A stretch of DNA of 64,000 nucleotides from Callorhinchus milii (GCF_018977255.1 NW_024704743.1:70124001-70188000); one strand, 5' to 3'; positions 1 to 11,659 are shown, counted from the stretch's first letter. Notes: a model not told the origin generated them from the sequence alone. Numbers and translations: made by a program.

Positions 1-729
1 TCGGTATATAAGTATTTTGTTATAGTGCTAATTCATTTACAACCCGGCTGGGGCCTAGATGCACGCTGTGTGTGTTTGTGTGTGAATACAGCCAGTTCAG
101 TTCCCGCATGCCATACCATTCCCATGTTACTTCACTGAATTCTGAGTCAATTGGTCACTGCTTACCTCACTTCCCCAGGAAGTGGTGTTGGCAGAGTCTT
201 GATGACCTAGAATTCGGCTATTTTGATTTCCCATCCGCTAAATATTGCTTATTTCAGGTCATCAGGTCTCTGCTGAGAATGTGCGCTGCACAGCTCACAG
301 GAAATCACGGCAGCGGTAATATGATGACCAGGATGTCAGGTTTTTATAAAAGAGATGAGAACTGAGCTGGCCGGCTGCTCAGGCACACAGGGAAACCAGC
401 TGTTACAGCCTCATAATAAGATAGTTATGATTTTAATGGATTTCAAATACCTTCTTATAGTGAGAATGTATCACATTCGAGCGTTTAGCATACTGCCGGG
501 TTTAGGGACTGGAAATATGTTTACCTTTTTTGTATTTTACCCGCCTTCGCTTTGAAATGTGAAAATCATAACAATGGTAGAACCTCCGACCCCCTGTCAA
601 TCACTGATATTTCACAAGCTGCAAAACCAGCCTCACAAGTTTTTTTAAAAAAAAAATGCAAATGTTATTTTCATCTTGGAAATTGCACATTGGCTAGAGG
701 AAAGATTTTAAAATGAAATGTAGATAGAA

Positions 730-898
730 TAGCTAAGCCAGTTAGGAGTGAAACAAGGAAGCATTTGTTTTGATACAAACGGTTTGTGGAAATCTAGAAT
801 TCTGTCCCCCAAAAGGATGTGAATGCTGGGTCAACTAGAATTTTCAAGACTAAGGTCAATGGATATTTGTTAGGTAAAGGTATCAAAGAATATGGAGA
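730..898 (+). mobile_element. Old CR1 LINE 3' fragment
   Basis: Degenerate match to the CR1 ends at 2270 and 21431 (gtggaaatctagaattct...ccccaaaaggatgtgaatgctgg). Confidence 0.65.
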
Positions 899-900
899 AA

Positions 901-1225
901 ATACAATACAAAACACACAATTACATTTTTGTATAGCGCCTTTCACATTGTGAGGACGTCCCAAGGTGCTGGACAGTCAAGGATTTGGACCCGAGCTGGG
1001 GGGGATTGGTTGGGATCAGGGAGAAGTGGAGGGCAGGGAGGGTAGGAGGGTGGCCGAAGGAGCGGTCGAAGAGGAGGGTCTTGAGATATGCCTTGAAGGA
1101 GGCAAGGGAGGGAGTGAAGTGAAGGGATGGAGATCCAAATGGTGGAGGCAGAGAAGCTGAAGGCCCGACCACTGATGGGGTGGGGTGCGTGGAGCAGGCC
1201 ACAGCCTGCTGAGCGGAGAGGCTGA
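901..1225 (-). mobile_element. L2 LINE 3' end, (TATTG)n-tailed variant
   Basis: Translates to SLASFKAYLKTLLFDRSF (L2 ORF2 C-terminus), followed by the gggacgtcc...gtgaaaggcgctat tail. Confidence 0.85.
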
Positions 1226-1249
1226 TATGGGGTTATATTTTCTAATATC

Positions 1250-1520
1250 AACAACAACCTGCATTATAGCATCTCGGAGTGCTTAACAGCCACGTGGCTC
1301 GGAACCAAGCCCGAAAGGGAGGTGACCAAAGGTACAGTTGAAGAGGAAAGTCTTCTGATGTGATTTGAAGACAGGTAAAGAGGAAACAAGACAGAGGGAT
1401 TGAAGCAAGGATCTCCAGAGATTTGGGGCAGCGTGAATGGAAGCAAGGCCGACAATTATGGAGTGGAGTGGACAAGGGATGTGCAGAACACCTGAGCCAG
1501 CTGAGCGAAGGAGGCTTTTA
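1250..1520 (-). mobile_element. Older L2 3' end
   Basis: Translates to LPVFKSHQKTFLFNCTF, has a (TTG)n tail, and has a sister copy at 17380-17595. Confidence 0.7.
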
Positions 1521-1908
1521 CCAATTAGTATAATAAGAGTAAGAAACTGATAAGAAATTTGCACTGGTCATTCTGCTGTTGCATTCAGCATACACATGTG
1601 AAACAATTATTTTTAAACAATTTTTATGTTTAAACTCTATTTCAACAATAACATAAATGTCCTTTAAATACATCTAAATGTGTGTCTTTTATTATCTACT
1701 TTCAACCACTCGCAACAATTCAAGCATCAGCACAAAACAATTGAAATGTTCTAATACAAATACTTCAGAATACACTCTTGATATTGAACTTTAAGACCTA
1801 TACAGTCCAATTATAATTCCACAATGTTGAGATTCCAAATTGGTTTAGATAAAATCTTAAAACTATAGTCCCCTAAACTCTTTGAGAACAATGGTTATCA
1901 CTATTTGT

Positions 1909-2212
1909 GGAGTCCTATAGCTCAGTGGTGAGAGCACTTGCCTCACAAGCGAGACCTGGGTACAATTCCTGAAACGTTGGGCAAGTTTCCTTACTCCACA
2001 TGCCTCTGTTTACCTAGCAGTAAGTAAAATAATAATAATAATTTGGTCACTCAATCCATGACTGTTTGTGGAACACTGCTGTGTGCAATTGGCTGCCGCG
2101 TTTCACCCACAAAATATACAATCAATTCACTTTACAGTCTATCCTGTGAAGTGCTTTGAGATATCTCGAAGACGTGATAAGTCGCTATATCAAATGCCAA
2201 GATTATTATTAT
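1909..2212 (+). mobile_element. tRNA-derived Deu-type SINE, older long form
   Basis: ggagtcctatagctcagtgg head, gtttgtggaacactgctgtgtgcaattggctgccgcg core, (TTA)n tail. Confidence 0.9.
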
Positions 2213-2269
2213 TTTTATCACTCCAAGCCACAGATGTAATATGAGGACAGCATTTCTCCCCATCGCAAT

Positions 2270-2864
2270 AGACCAATACAGTGTTGGTCAGACCCCGTCT
2301 AGAGAAATGGATTCAGTTTTGGGCACTATACCTCAGGAAAGATACATTGGTCCTGGAGGGGGTGCAGCACAGGTTCACCAGAATGTTACAAGGCCTGAAA
2401 GGGTTAAGTTACGAGGAAAGGCTGCATAAACTTGGATGTATTCCATTGTGTTGAGAAGGTTGAGGAGTGATTTGATTGAGGTATTTAAGATGATAAAGGA
2501 ATTGGATAGGGTAGATACAGAGAAGCTATTTCCTCTGGTGGGGGAATCCAAAACAAGAGAGCATATAGTCTTGAAATTAGAATCAGGCCATTTAAGAGTG
2601 AAATCAGGAAGCTTTTTTTCACTCAAAGGGTGATAGAAATCTGGAATTTTCTCCCTCAAAAGTCTGTGGATGCTGGATCCATCCACACCTTCAAGAGTGA
2701 GGTTGATAGAGTTTTGGTAGGTCAAGGTAATAAGGTATATTGGGAGAAAGGGGGAAATTGGAATTGAAAGGATTAGTTGAGGTACAGATCAGCCATGATC
2801 TAATTGAATGGCAGAACTGGCTCGAAGGGCTGAATGCTCTACACCCTTTCCTATGTTCCTATGA
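2270..2864 (+). mobile_element. CR1 LINE 3' end
   Basis: Translates to RRLRSDLIEVFKMIKELDRVDTEKLFPLVGESKTR (CR1 ORF2 C-terminus); tail ttcctatgttcctatg. Confidence 0.9.
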
Positions 2865-3184
2865 TCATCTCCAAAATTTCCAAGTTTGCTGCAAGAGACA
2901 TGTACCTCCAGTTTGGTAATTTGTTATTTGCACTCCACCTTTGTGATTTATTTTAGTTCAATTTTACGGACTTGTCACAGATGTACACATTGTTATTTGT
3001 AATTACATTAGAAGTTGTGTCCTTGGCAGAATTTTCTAGTAACTTGAGGCTAACCAACCCTACTGGAGTAAGATTTCAGGTGAAATGTATTCTAATTGGC
3101 CTTGTGTTGCAACTTCTTGGATGTTATATACATGATATATGGCAGTTTTTCAAGGTGGAAAATCTCAATATATTGTACACTTAC

Positions 3185-3254
3185 CTGTAGGAAGTGCATA
3201 TTCCACTGTCCCAACCTGAATACATTCTTATTAACTTGTTTTCATCACTCACAC
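3185..3254 (-). CDS. TBC1D5: TBC1D5 second coding exon, 70 nt: (G)VSDENKLIRMYSGWDSGICTSY(R)
   Basis: Minus strand reads ttttgtgtattttgcag|GTGTGAGT...TCCTACAG|gtaagt. It is open in the phase-1 frame left by the ATG exon and ends in phase 2 at SY-R, like human ...GTFNSYR just before KEWEELF (recalled). Confidence 0.88.
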
Positions 3255-4009
3255 CTGCAAAATACACAAAATATAGAAGATACAATCAGCAACTAAATAA
3301 AAAAAACATTTTTGTCCAGATGTTCTCAAAATAATGTTACTTCAAGGGGGAAACTATCTAACCATTATGAACCTGCTTTCTAATTAAATCCACACAAATA
3401 TTAAAACATTCTTTTAATTCTCATCAGAAAAAAGGGAACAGAGAGATAGATGCAAGTTGCCATTTCTATTTCATCCTCACAGATGACATCCCAGTAGGGA
3501 GCATCGGATTGCATTGAGAGCTTAAACCACTATAGCCATCTTTTGGTTTCCTATCCTGGTTCCACTAACTCAGGGCAGTGTATCGATCGAGGCTAGTTTC
3601 TTCCTGCATTTTCTCAATGAATAATTGTGGGAACCCAGAACAGATCACCTTAAGTGGGTATGCTGCACATAAATATAAGGTAGATTTTCTACATCTTTCA
3701 TTTTGTATCAATAATTTTTTTAAAAATTGTGAACTAACATTACCTATTTTAAAAATGCAACAACGCATAAACCCCAGGATATTTTTACATTTAAATAAAT
3801 TGGTCACATCATATCTGACCAACAAATGGCAGAAATACTGTGCCCTAGGACTCCCAAGAGATGGAATCTGCATCTGGTTTATTAATAAAATGTAGCTCTG
3901 CAATGACTATCTGGAAAGGAAATGTTGAATCAGAAAATATTTAAATACACAAACATTCTGATAATATACATCCGTTTGGACCAACATTTTATTTTTTCAG
4001 ATTAGTCAG

Positions 4010-4400
4010 CTAGACTTCAGTTGGGAGCACTCTTGCCTCTGGGTCAGATAGTGATGGGTTCAACCCTATGTCATGACTTGTGCCCATACTCTAAGCCAGA
4101 CAACTTAATGGTTAATTGCATCAAATGGTGCAGAGTAATACAGACCAAGACTGTCTGAAGTTGAGTTTATGGGGCAACTGTGAAGATATGATCGGCCTCA
4201 GTGTTTCCAGTGGAGGGAAGAGAGCAAACACGATTTGCAAAGGTTCCTGACGACTCTCCACTGAACTCTGACTGAAAACCCATGTGCATGGGTCTTACAT
4301 GAGGACATAATCGTGCTCAAATACTCCTCTTAATGACAAGCTATGCAGTTTTATCTGATTATTCTTCAGCAGTAGCCCAACACACAGTCTGAGGTCCCAA
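4010..4400 (+). mobile_element. Ancient tRNA-headed SINE remnant(s)
   Basis: agcactcttgcctctgggtcag...gggttcaa head resembles the degraded copies at 32400-32470, 37990-38060 and 49395-49460. Confidence 0.5.
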
Positions 4401-6043
4401 GTCTAGGCTACTGTCAATCTGCCCCTAATACTCTCCAGAATTGGGCAAGTAGGGTGAATCCCTCCAGTGAGAGAATGCGCTTCCATTCCAGACATGGAGA
4501 AATCTCCAAATCATGTAAATACATTCGCATAAGCCTCACAATGTAATGATGCAAATATGTTCTTGTCTCTAAGCAGATATCACAGGAACAGGTGGGTGTT
4601 GTATTATAAATATATTTTGACATCCAATTTCAGCAAAATGTTAGTGACTAGCTCACACACACCACCTGGGCTTCAGTCTCATTTCATCATGCTGATGATG
4701 TGAACATTACTGTAATGGATGTTAACAGTATTCCTGAACAAGTATCAACCTTCTAAAGTTTCAGCATGTGTGGTACATGAAAAATTGCTGACAATGTTAC
4801 GTGATATTTATTGAAATGGTAAAAGGGAACTTCTTTTCCATTTAATTGTCCTAGTTTAAGCAAACCAGCTTCAGATATCTTTTAAAAATAACTGTCCAAC
4901 TCATTTATATTGCTTCTATTTTATACGATAATAGTGACACAGCTTCCACTAACATGAGTTTCTTTGCATAAACAAATGTTATTGCAATATCGTCTTGAGT
5001 GTATTAGCACTCAAGATGCCACCCCATGTGAAGAGCACTATATAAATGCAAATTGTTATTGTATTATGTATAACAACTACGGTTAGTAGGGAAATCACAA
5101 AAACTTGGGCAAAAAAAACTCAAGTCCCAAACCAGAGAATAGTGTTTAATTCAAAGCTCCTTTCCCAATCAAAGCTACTGAACAAAGAAATCCAGCAGTA
5201 TTCCCATTCACCTTAAACAATGGAACATTAAAACAATGGAAACAAAATGCAATTTTTAAGAATTAGGAGAATATGCAAATAGAACAGCACCTGAGCAATC
5301 TTACAGGAGATTAGATCTAAAGTGCATGACAAATCTGATATTTACTGTTTCTTAGAATTATGGTGTTTATAAGGACAAACCTCAACTGAGAGGACATCTT
5401 TTGAAGGACTAATCTATCTTGTTTAACAGACGTACTAGCTGCTGCTGGATGTCAAATGTCTATGTTTCTGGGACAGGAAATTGTTCCCATGTACGAGCTG
5501 GATGGAATGCTTCTTTTCAAAAGATTGGAAAACTAATTCAGTCTTATAGGTTTCCATGCGCAAAAACAGCTGTTGCACCTGAATTTAACAATCACCTCTA
5601 TTTACCAGTAGCCCTATGAATGTAACAGTAACTGCTTGGCAAACCAATGAGCTCATCGTTAGAGAATTTGGTCATCAAAGCATGTTTGTCCTTATAAACA
5701 CCATAATTCTAAGAGGCGACTAGAGACAGATATAAGGCATGTTGGGTCACTGCAATAGAAATCACGCTTAATTCCTTTGGGTTTTCTGAGGTTCTGGCTT
5801 CTCGGTCCTTTGGGTAAGAACAAGTGCATTATCTGTTCTGATCAGTTATTCCTTGGGCTGTGCAGTTCCTGTCAGTGAGGTCTGCCTCTGAGGTCTCAGA
5901 TTGATTTAGCCCTGCCATTCTGAGCCTCCCTATGATTTATCAGTGGGAGGCTGTACTCAGTGTGCTCATTCTTTGAGGCAATGGAGTGGTATAGCCACCA
6001 ACGCTCTGAACATCTTCATGATTTATTCATGGAGGCTGGCCTT

Positions 6044-6075
6044 CTGCCCCCTGTTGGCTGGAATCGCTATTGCAG
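6044..6075 (-). promoter_or_regulatory. Candidate CTCF site (core plus upstream motif)
   Basis: Minus strand reads CTGCAATAGCGATTCCA-GCCAACAGGGGGCAG. Confidence 0.6.
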
Positions 6076-6384
6076 TGCTGCTGATTTGAGAAGTTTGATC
6101 TGCTCCCAAAAGGGGGAATAGAGAAACTGGAACACAGGTCCTTGGTCATCAGGCTCACACCGGGTTTGTCTGGGCTGGAGACATGATCCAGTGACTTGAG
6201 TTGCTCAGGTGGTCGTGAGTGAGGAATCGGGTTTGTGCCATCCTTTGACGATCAGGGATCCAGATTTGTGGTTGGGGATACTGGTTGCCTGGGGGGTTAC
6301 CGGTTGCCTGGGGTACAATTTAAGTTCCCATTTGAGGAACGTGATTCGGTTTAATTCAGTTTAGTGGGGGTCAGTGGGGACAAA

Positions 6385-7345
6385 CACACAAACAACAACA
6401 ACAACAAGATTCCATTTATAGAGCGCCTTTCACGTCAGGAGGACGTCCCAAGGCGCTGGACAGTTGGGTCAGGACCCGAGCAGGGGGGGAAATGGTCAGG
6501 GTGAGGGAGGGAAGGGAGGGAGCGAGGAGGGGGTAGAGAGTCGAGAGGGGAGGTGAAGGCACGGTCAAAGAGAAAGGTCTTGAGACTGGCCTTGAAGGAG
6601 GAAAGGGAGGAGGCGGCGAAGGCACTGGGGGATGGAGTTCCAGAGCCTCGGGGCTGAGAGCCCGGCCACCGATGGTAGGGCGGTTGGGGCGGGGGATATG
6701 GAGCAGACCAGAGCCAGAGGAACGGAGGGTACGGGCGGGTAGGTAGGGGTATAGTAGGTCGGAGAGGTAGGAGGGAGCAAGGCCGTGAATGGCCTTGTAG
6801 GTGAGGATGAGGATCTTGAATTCGATCCTCTGGGGATGGGGAGCCAGTGGAGGCGAGCGAGGGTGGGAGTGATGTGGTCGCGAAGCCTGGTGCGGGACAG
6901 TACACGAGCTGCAGAGTTCTGAATGACCTGCAGCTTGTGGAGGGAGGTGCCGGGAAGGCCGGCGAGGAGAGAGTTCCCATAGTCCAGCCTTGAGGTGATA
7001 AAGGCGTGGACCAGAGTTTCAGCAGCGTGAGGGGTGAGGTAGTGCCGTAGTCCGGCAATGTTTCGGAGGTGATGGAAGGCGGTGCCAGTTGTGACGCGAA
7101 TATGAGGAAGAAAGAACAGCTCAGGGTCGAGCAGAACGCCGAGGTTCCTGATGGCTTTGAGAGGTGGAGAGTGCAGCCTTGGATGCTGATGCTGTCAGCG
7201 CCTGAGGTGCGGAGGCGCTGACGTGAGCCAATCAGGAGGGCCTCAGTTTTGTGCACGTTGAGCTGAAGAAAGTTGTCTCTCGTCCAGGATTCAATGTCGG
7301 ACAGGCAGGCAGTCAGGACATCGGTGGTCGTGGAGTTGAGGGTAT
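6385..7345 (-). mobile_element. Young 5'-truncated L2 LINE (C-terminus of RT-containing ORF2, frameshifted)
   Basis: Translates to CLSDIESWTRDNFLQLNVHKTEALLIG...SFKASLKTFLFDRAF; GC-rich; (TTG)n tail at about 6390-6407. Confidence 0.93.
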
Positions 7346-7786
7346 AGGAAACAAAGGTATAAGGGAGTAAAAATACCATTCAGCATCATGCACAGCGCCT
7401 TTAGTATTTATGACTATTATAGGGATATCCCATTACCAGGATGTGCATAACGCTGAATGGAATGTTTACCCAGAGATCTCTTAAACCATGGGAATGAGCA
7501 TTTTCCCTGAAACAGGGAAGGTATCTGAAGGTATTCCTAACAATACAGCTCCTAAATGAGTTGAAGATGAATTGTGACTGGATATCCATTGTCACCGTAG
7601 GAACGTTTCTCTACAAGCATCTGAGCTGCAGCTTGCAGCAAAATTGATTCAAGTGAGCGATAACATTAGTTAAGAACAACCTGGCCATTCCCTTTGCCCA
7701 GCAAGCACAGGCTTGGATTCATTATCCACTCCCCACCCACTCCCATCCTATCTGCCCCACCATTGCCATTTTGTCCTTCAATCTCT

Positions 7787-8080
7787 GGAGCTCCATTGGC
7801 GCAGTGGTTAGAGCACTCGCCTCGCAAGTGAGAGGACATGGGTTCGATTCCTGGCAGTGCAAAACCCTAAGCAAGTTTCCTTACTCCACACGCCTCTGTT
7901 TACCTAGTAGTAAGTAGGGACCCAGTTATTAGTTGATTGACGGATCGCTTTCCAGGGTAATAATTCCAAAATAATATTTGGTCACTCACTCAATGTGTGC
8001 CATTGGCTGCCGCATTTCACCCACAAAATAGTCACTACACTTGACAGTATATTCTGTGAAGCGCTTTGAGACGTTTCTAG
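7787..8080 (+). mobile_element. Deu-type SINE, long form, tail truncated
   Basis: tRNA head with ggttcgattcc B box, then the gcctctgtttacctag block and the Deu core. Confidence 0.88.
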
Positions 8081-8465
8081 GTCATTTCTAGGTTAAACAT
8101 AACACAAAATACTGCAGATCCTGGAAATCTGAAACAAAAACAGAAGTCACTGGGAACACTCTGCAGGTCAAGCATCTGTGGAGAGAGGAAAGGAGAGGGG
8201 AGGGAAAGATATGTTTTCCACTGAACATATCTTTCCCTCCCCTCTCCTCTCAGCATTCTGAAGTGACTGTTCCCTCCGTGACTCCCTGGTTCATTCCTCC
8301 AACACCAATAGTTGCTCTCCTCCCCCTTGGCACCTTCCCATGCCAACGCAGGAGATGCCCTTTCACCTCCTGCCATAACACTGTCCAGGGCCCCAAACAC
8401 AGTTTTCAAGTGAGATAGCGATTTACGTGTACTACAGCAACAACAACAAAATGACAGTTGTATAC

Positions 8466-8776
8466 AATAATAATAATAATTTTTGCATTTGATATAGCGC
8501 TTTTCACGTCGGGAGGACGTCCCAAAGCGCTTCACAGAACACACTGTAAAGTGAATTTACTGTATATTTGTGGGCGAACGCGGCAGCCAATTGCGGACAG
8601 CAATGTCCCACAAACAATCGTAGATTGAAAATGACCAATTTTATTATTGTTTTTGGTTTTGGAGGGATTATTATTAGGCGTGTGGAGTAAGGAAACTTGC
8701 CCAAGGTTTCTCCCTGCCTGGAATTGAACTCAGGTCTCTCACTTGCAAAGCGAGTGCTCTAACCACTGAGCTACAG
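8466..8776 (-). mobile_element. Deu-type SINE, young short form; its first bases continue at 9035-9046
   Basis: Near-identical to the copies at 12610, 28838 and 31988. Confidence 0.93.
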
Positions 8777-9034
8777 AGGGCGAAACCTTGGGCAAGTTTC
8801 CTTACTCCACACAGAGCCTAATAATAATCCCTCCAAAACAAAACAATAATAAATTGGTCATTTTCAATCTACGACTGTTTGTGGGACATTGCTGTGCGCA
8901 ATTGGCTGCCGCGTTCACCCACAAATATACAGTCAATTCACTTTACAGTGTGTTCTGTGAAGCGCTTTGGGACGTCCTCCCGACGTGAAAAGCGCTATAT
9001 CAAATGCAAGGATTATTATTATTATTATTATTAT
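8777..9034 (+). mobile_element. 5'-truncated young SINE inserted into the head of the 8466 copy
   Basis: Begins at agggcgaaaccttggg and ends in (TTA)n, with tacag present on both sides. Confidence 0.9.
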
Positions 9035-11149
9035 TACAGGACTCCATAGCGCCTTTCACGTCAGGAGGACGTCCCAAAGCACTGGACAGTCAGAGTTTCG
9101 GATCCGAGCTGGGGGTCGGGATTGGGGAGGGCATGGGGGGTAAGCAGGGTGATCGAAAGCACGGTCGACGAGGAGGGTCTTGAAATGGGTCCTGAAGGAG
9201 GCAAGGGAGAGGTCGAAGCGGAGGGTCTGTGGAATGGAGTTCCAGAGGGTGGGGGCAGAGTGGTAGAAGGCCCGACCGCCAATAGTGGGTTGAGCGAGGC
9301 AGGGGACGTGAAGCAGGCCAGAGCTCGCTGAGCAGAGGGAGCGAGCAGGATGGTAAGGGAATAGGAGATCTCAGAGGTAGGGGGAACAAGACCATGGAGG
9401 GCCTTGAAGGTGAGGATCAGGACCTTGAGCTGTATCCTCTGTGTGATGGGAAGCCAGTGGAGTCGGGCGAGGATCGGTGTGATAGGCTTACGGAGCCTGG
9501 TATGGGAGAGTACATGGGCTCCAGAGTTCTGGATGATCTCCAGCCTTTGGAGGGAGGAGTTGGGGAGGCCAACGAGCAAAGAGTTTTCATAGTCTAGCCT
9601 CGATGTAATGAAAGCATGTATGAGGGTTTGGGCAACCTGCGGTGTTTTACTGCATTTGTTGCTCATGATGTGGTCTCTACATTGGGGAGACGAAATGCAG
9701 ATTAGATGACCAATTTGCTGAACACCTCCGTTCTGCCTGCAAGCACAACCCTGAGCTTCCGGTTTCTTGCCACTTCATCTCTCCCTCCCACTCTGACCTC
9801 TCTTTCTACGGTCTCCTACACTGTTCCAATGAACCACAGCGCAAGCTCGAGGAACAACACCTCATTTAACTGCAAGGGACCTTACAGCCATCTGACCTCA
9901 ATATTGATTTCAACAATTTAAGACCATAACAGCTCACATTCCCCCTCTCCCTCTTTTGTGACCATTACCACATCATCTGGGTCTCAGACACACCTTTTCT
10001 CTCTCTGGTCTGCCTGTGTTGCTACAATTCCCCTCCTTTGTTTTGCATTATTAACATCTCGATTCCCCTTTTTTGTTGCAATCCCCCCCTTTGTTTTGCA
10101 TTATTAACATCCCCTTTAACCCATCATCCCCTGTCCTCTACCTCATTTTCTCCTTTGTCTTCCTTGCCCTGCCTCCCCCTTCTCTGTTAGCCCTTAAAAG
10201 CCTCTCCCTCCCAACATGCCCCAGTTCTGACGAAGAGTTGTGGACCCGAACTGTTGACTCACTTTCCTTTCTCCGTAGATGCTGCCTGACTTGCTGAGTG
10301 TTCCCAGCGAATTCTGTTTTTATTTCATTTCTAGGTTGTTTGATTTCTAAAGAAACATAAACATTTCAAAGACATTAATCTGTGACAATACAACAAGTAT
10401 GCAACAGAGGGTGCTGCGCATCAGTGAGGAGATCTAAAGCATTTGCACCATGTACATTTATAAATCCAAGATGAGTTTCCTGGTCCACTTAATACCAGAC
10501 ATGTACTTAGAGCTGCAAGAAGTACAGAAAATGTTCTATACTCCACAGCTTGTATTTTGCATTTAATGCAGATAAAATCTTTAGATGCAGTAAAGCAGGA
10601 TACTTTAGAAACCCAGTAAAATGCCTAGAACCAGATGTCCACTTTTTTTTAAATTGGATATATTCCATTGCTATGCTTCCATAAGAAAGGCTTTCAGAAA
10701 CAACTTTTTTTGAAATACTATAGTCTTTAAAATAATTGAAGTAACTACATTATTAGCACTATGATCTACGTTTGAGGGTGAGAGGAAGATGTGACTTTAT
10801 ATGCTAATTTTGAAGAGGAATTATTTTATTTCGTTTTTATCACCCAGTGTCCTCGTGAAGCATTCCCACATCAGGTATAGCACTGGCTCAATGTAAAGCA
10901 AAGACTCTGTTATTCTTTCCCAATAACATGTGTTATTACAACCATGGAAATTCACCTGTACTATACTGGAGGAAAGTTTTGCACTTCCAACATGAAGCAT
11001 CCCTAGTGAGACTGGTGGGAGGTAAGTGGGACCTCCTATCAGCTGAACTGGCTCCAAGCTGACATGATTGGAAATGGAGAGTCATAATCGAACGACCCCT
11101 CTATGGCGGTCTCGGTAGTCCAGGTTTTGAGCCAGGCGGGTTCACAGTA

Positions 11150-11330
11150 CTCCAGGGCACTGTTGATGAGAGATGGCTCTTCGGCAGGATCTGGAAGGGT
11201 AGACCAGTCACTGGAAGCAGGGAATCCTTCCATTCACCTCCTATTAACCCTGCAAGTCAAAGCCTTAACAGATAGGTTGGTCCTAGCCGGACAAGCAATG
11301 GGAAAGCTTGCCAGGCAGTGCTCTCAGCAG
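11150..11330 (-). repeat. Unclassified dispersed repeat, copy 1
   Basis: Shares an exact 19-mer gcttccagtgactggtcta with 33156-33174, and aligns loosely with 14240-14330. Confidence 0.6.
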
Positions 11331-11659
11331 TTTTAGCTGCTTAGACTTCAGCAGTCCTCCCAACACACGCTCTGGGTTTTCAAGCCTTGGCTCTTGCCAA
11401 CCTGCGCAAAATACTTTCCGGATTTAGGTAAGCATTATGCGTCCCTCCAATCTATCTCTGGAATTTCCATGTGTAGGTGGGATGCACAGAAATCTCAGTT
11501 TGGTTTGGATACTCTTAAGCATAGTGATGGGTTTCCGCATGTCTCAAACATCCGGCTGACCAAAAATAGCATCACCGACATATTCAACTGTTCCTTCTAC
11601 ACCACATATTTGATTCCCGACCAGGACTGCTTTCTAACCCCTCCAACAAATTGTCCACC

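Larger units (their letters stand above)
8438..9640 (-). mobile_element. L2 LINE 3' fragment whose tail is split by SINE insertions
   Basis: ORF 9061-9666 translates to LIHAFITSRLDYENSLLVGLP...LHWLPITQRIQLKVLILTFKALHG. The tail piece caacaacaacaaaatgacagttgtata lies at 8438-8464 and the remainder resumes at about 9046. Confidence 0.85.
8095..10327 (+). mobile_element. Penelope-like retroelement relic, interrupted at about 8438-9640
   Basis: tacattggggagacgaaatgcagattagatgaccaatttgctgaacacctc translates to YIGETKCRLDDQFAEHL (GIY-YIG endonuclease). Inverted terminal copies at 8100-8195 and 10262-10327. Flanking direct repeat tcatttctaggtt at 8082-8094 and 10325-10337. Confidence 0.8.

Noticed and set aside
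1..3184. Next TBC1D5 exon (expected KEWEELF...ICWK)
   Set aside because: Not found by eye; it presumably lies beyond position 1. The donor at 166 has no matching open exon.
6435..7379. Longest ORF in the track (314 aa)
   Set aside because: It is a frameshifted, 5'-truncated L2 ORF2 fragment without the RT catalytic core, not a host gene.
10036..10111. 24-bp direct repeat; similar micro-duplications near 5213, 6279, 14341 and 21727
   Set aside because: Two-copy slippage duplications with no spacer array; not CRISPR-like.
10401..10416. CTCF-like GCAACAGAGGGTGCTG
   Set aside because: Mismatches at key core positions and no upstream motif.
11039..11233. Protein-like 64-aa ORF MEGFPASSDW...
   Set aside because: No recognisable homology or splice context, and it overlaps the unclassified repeat.
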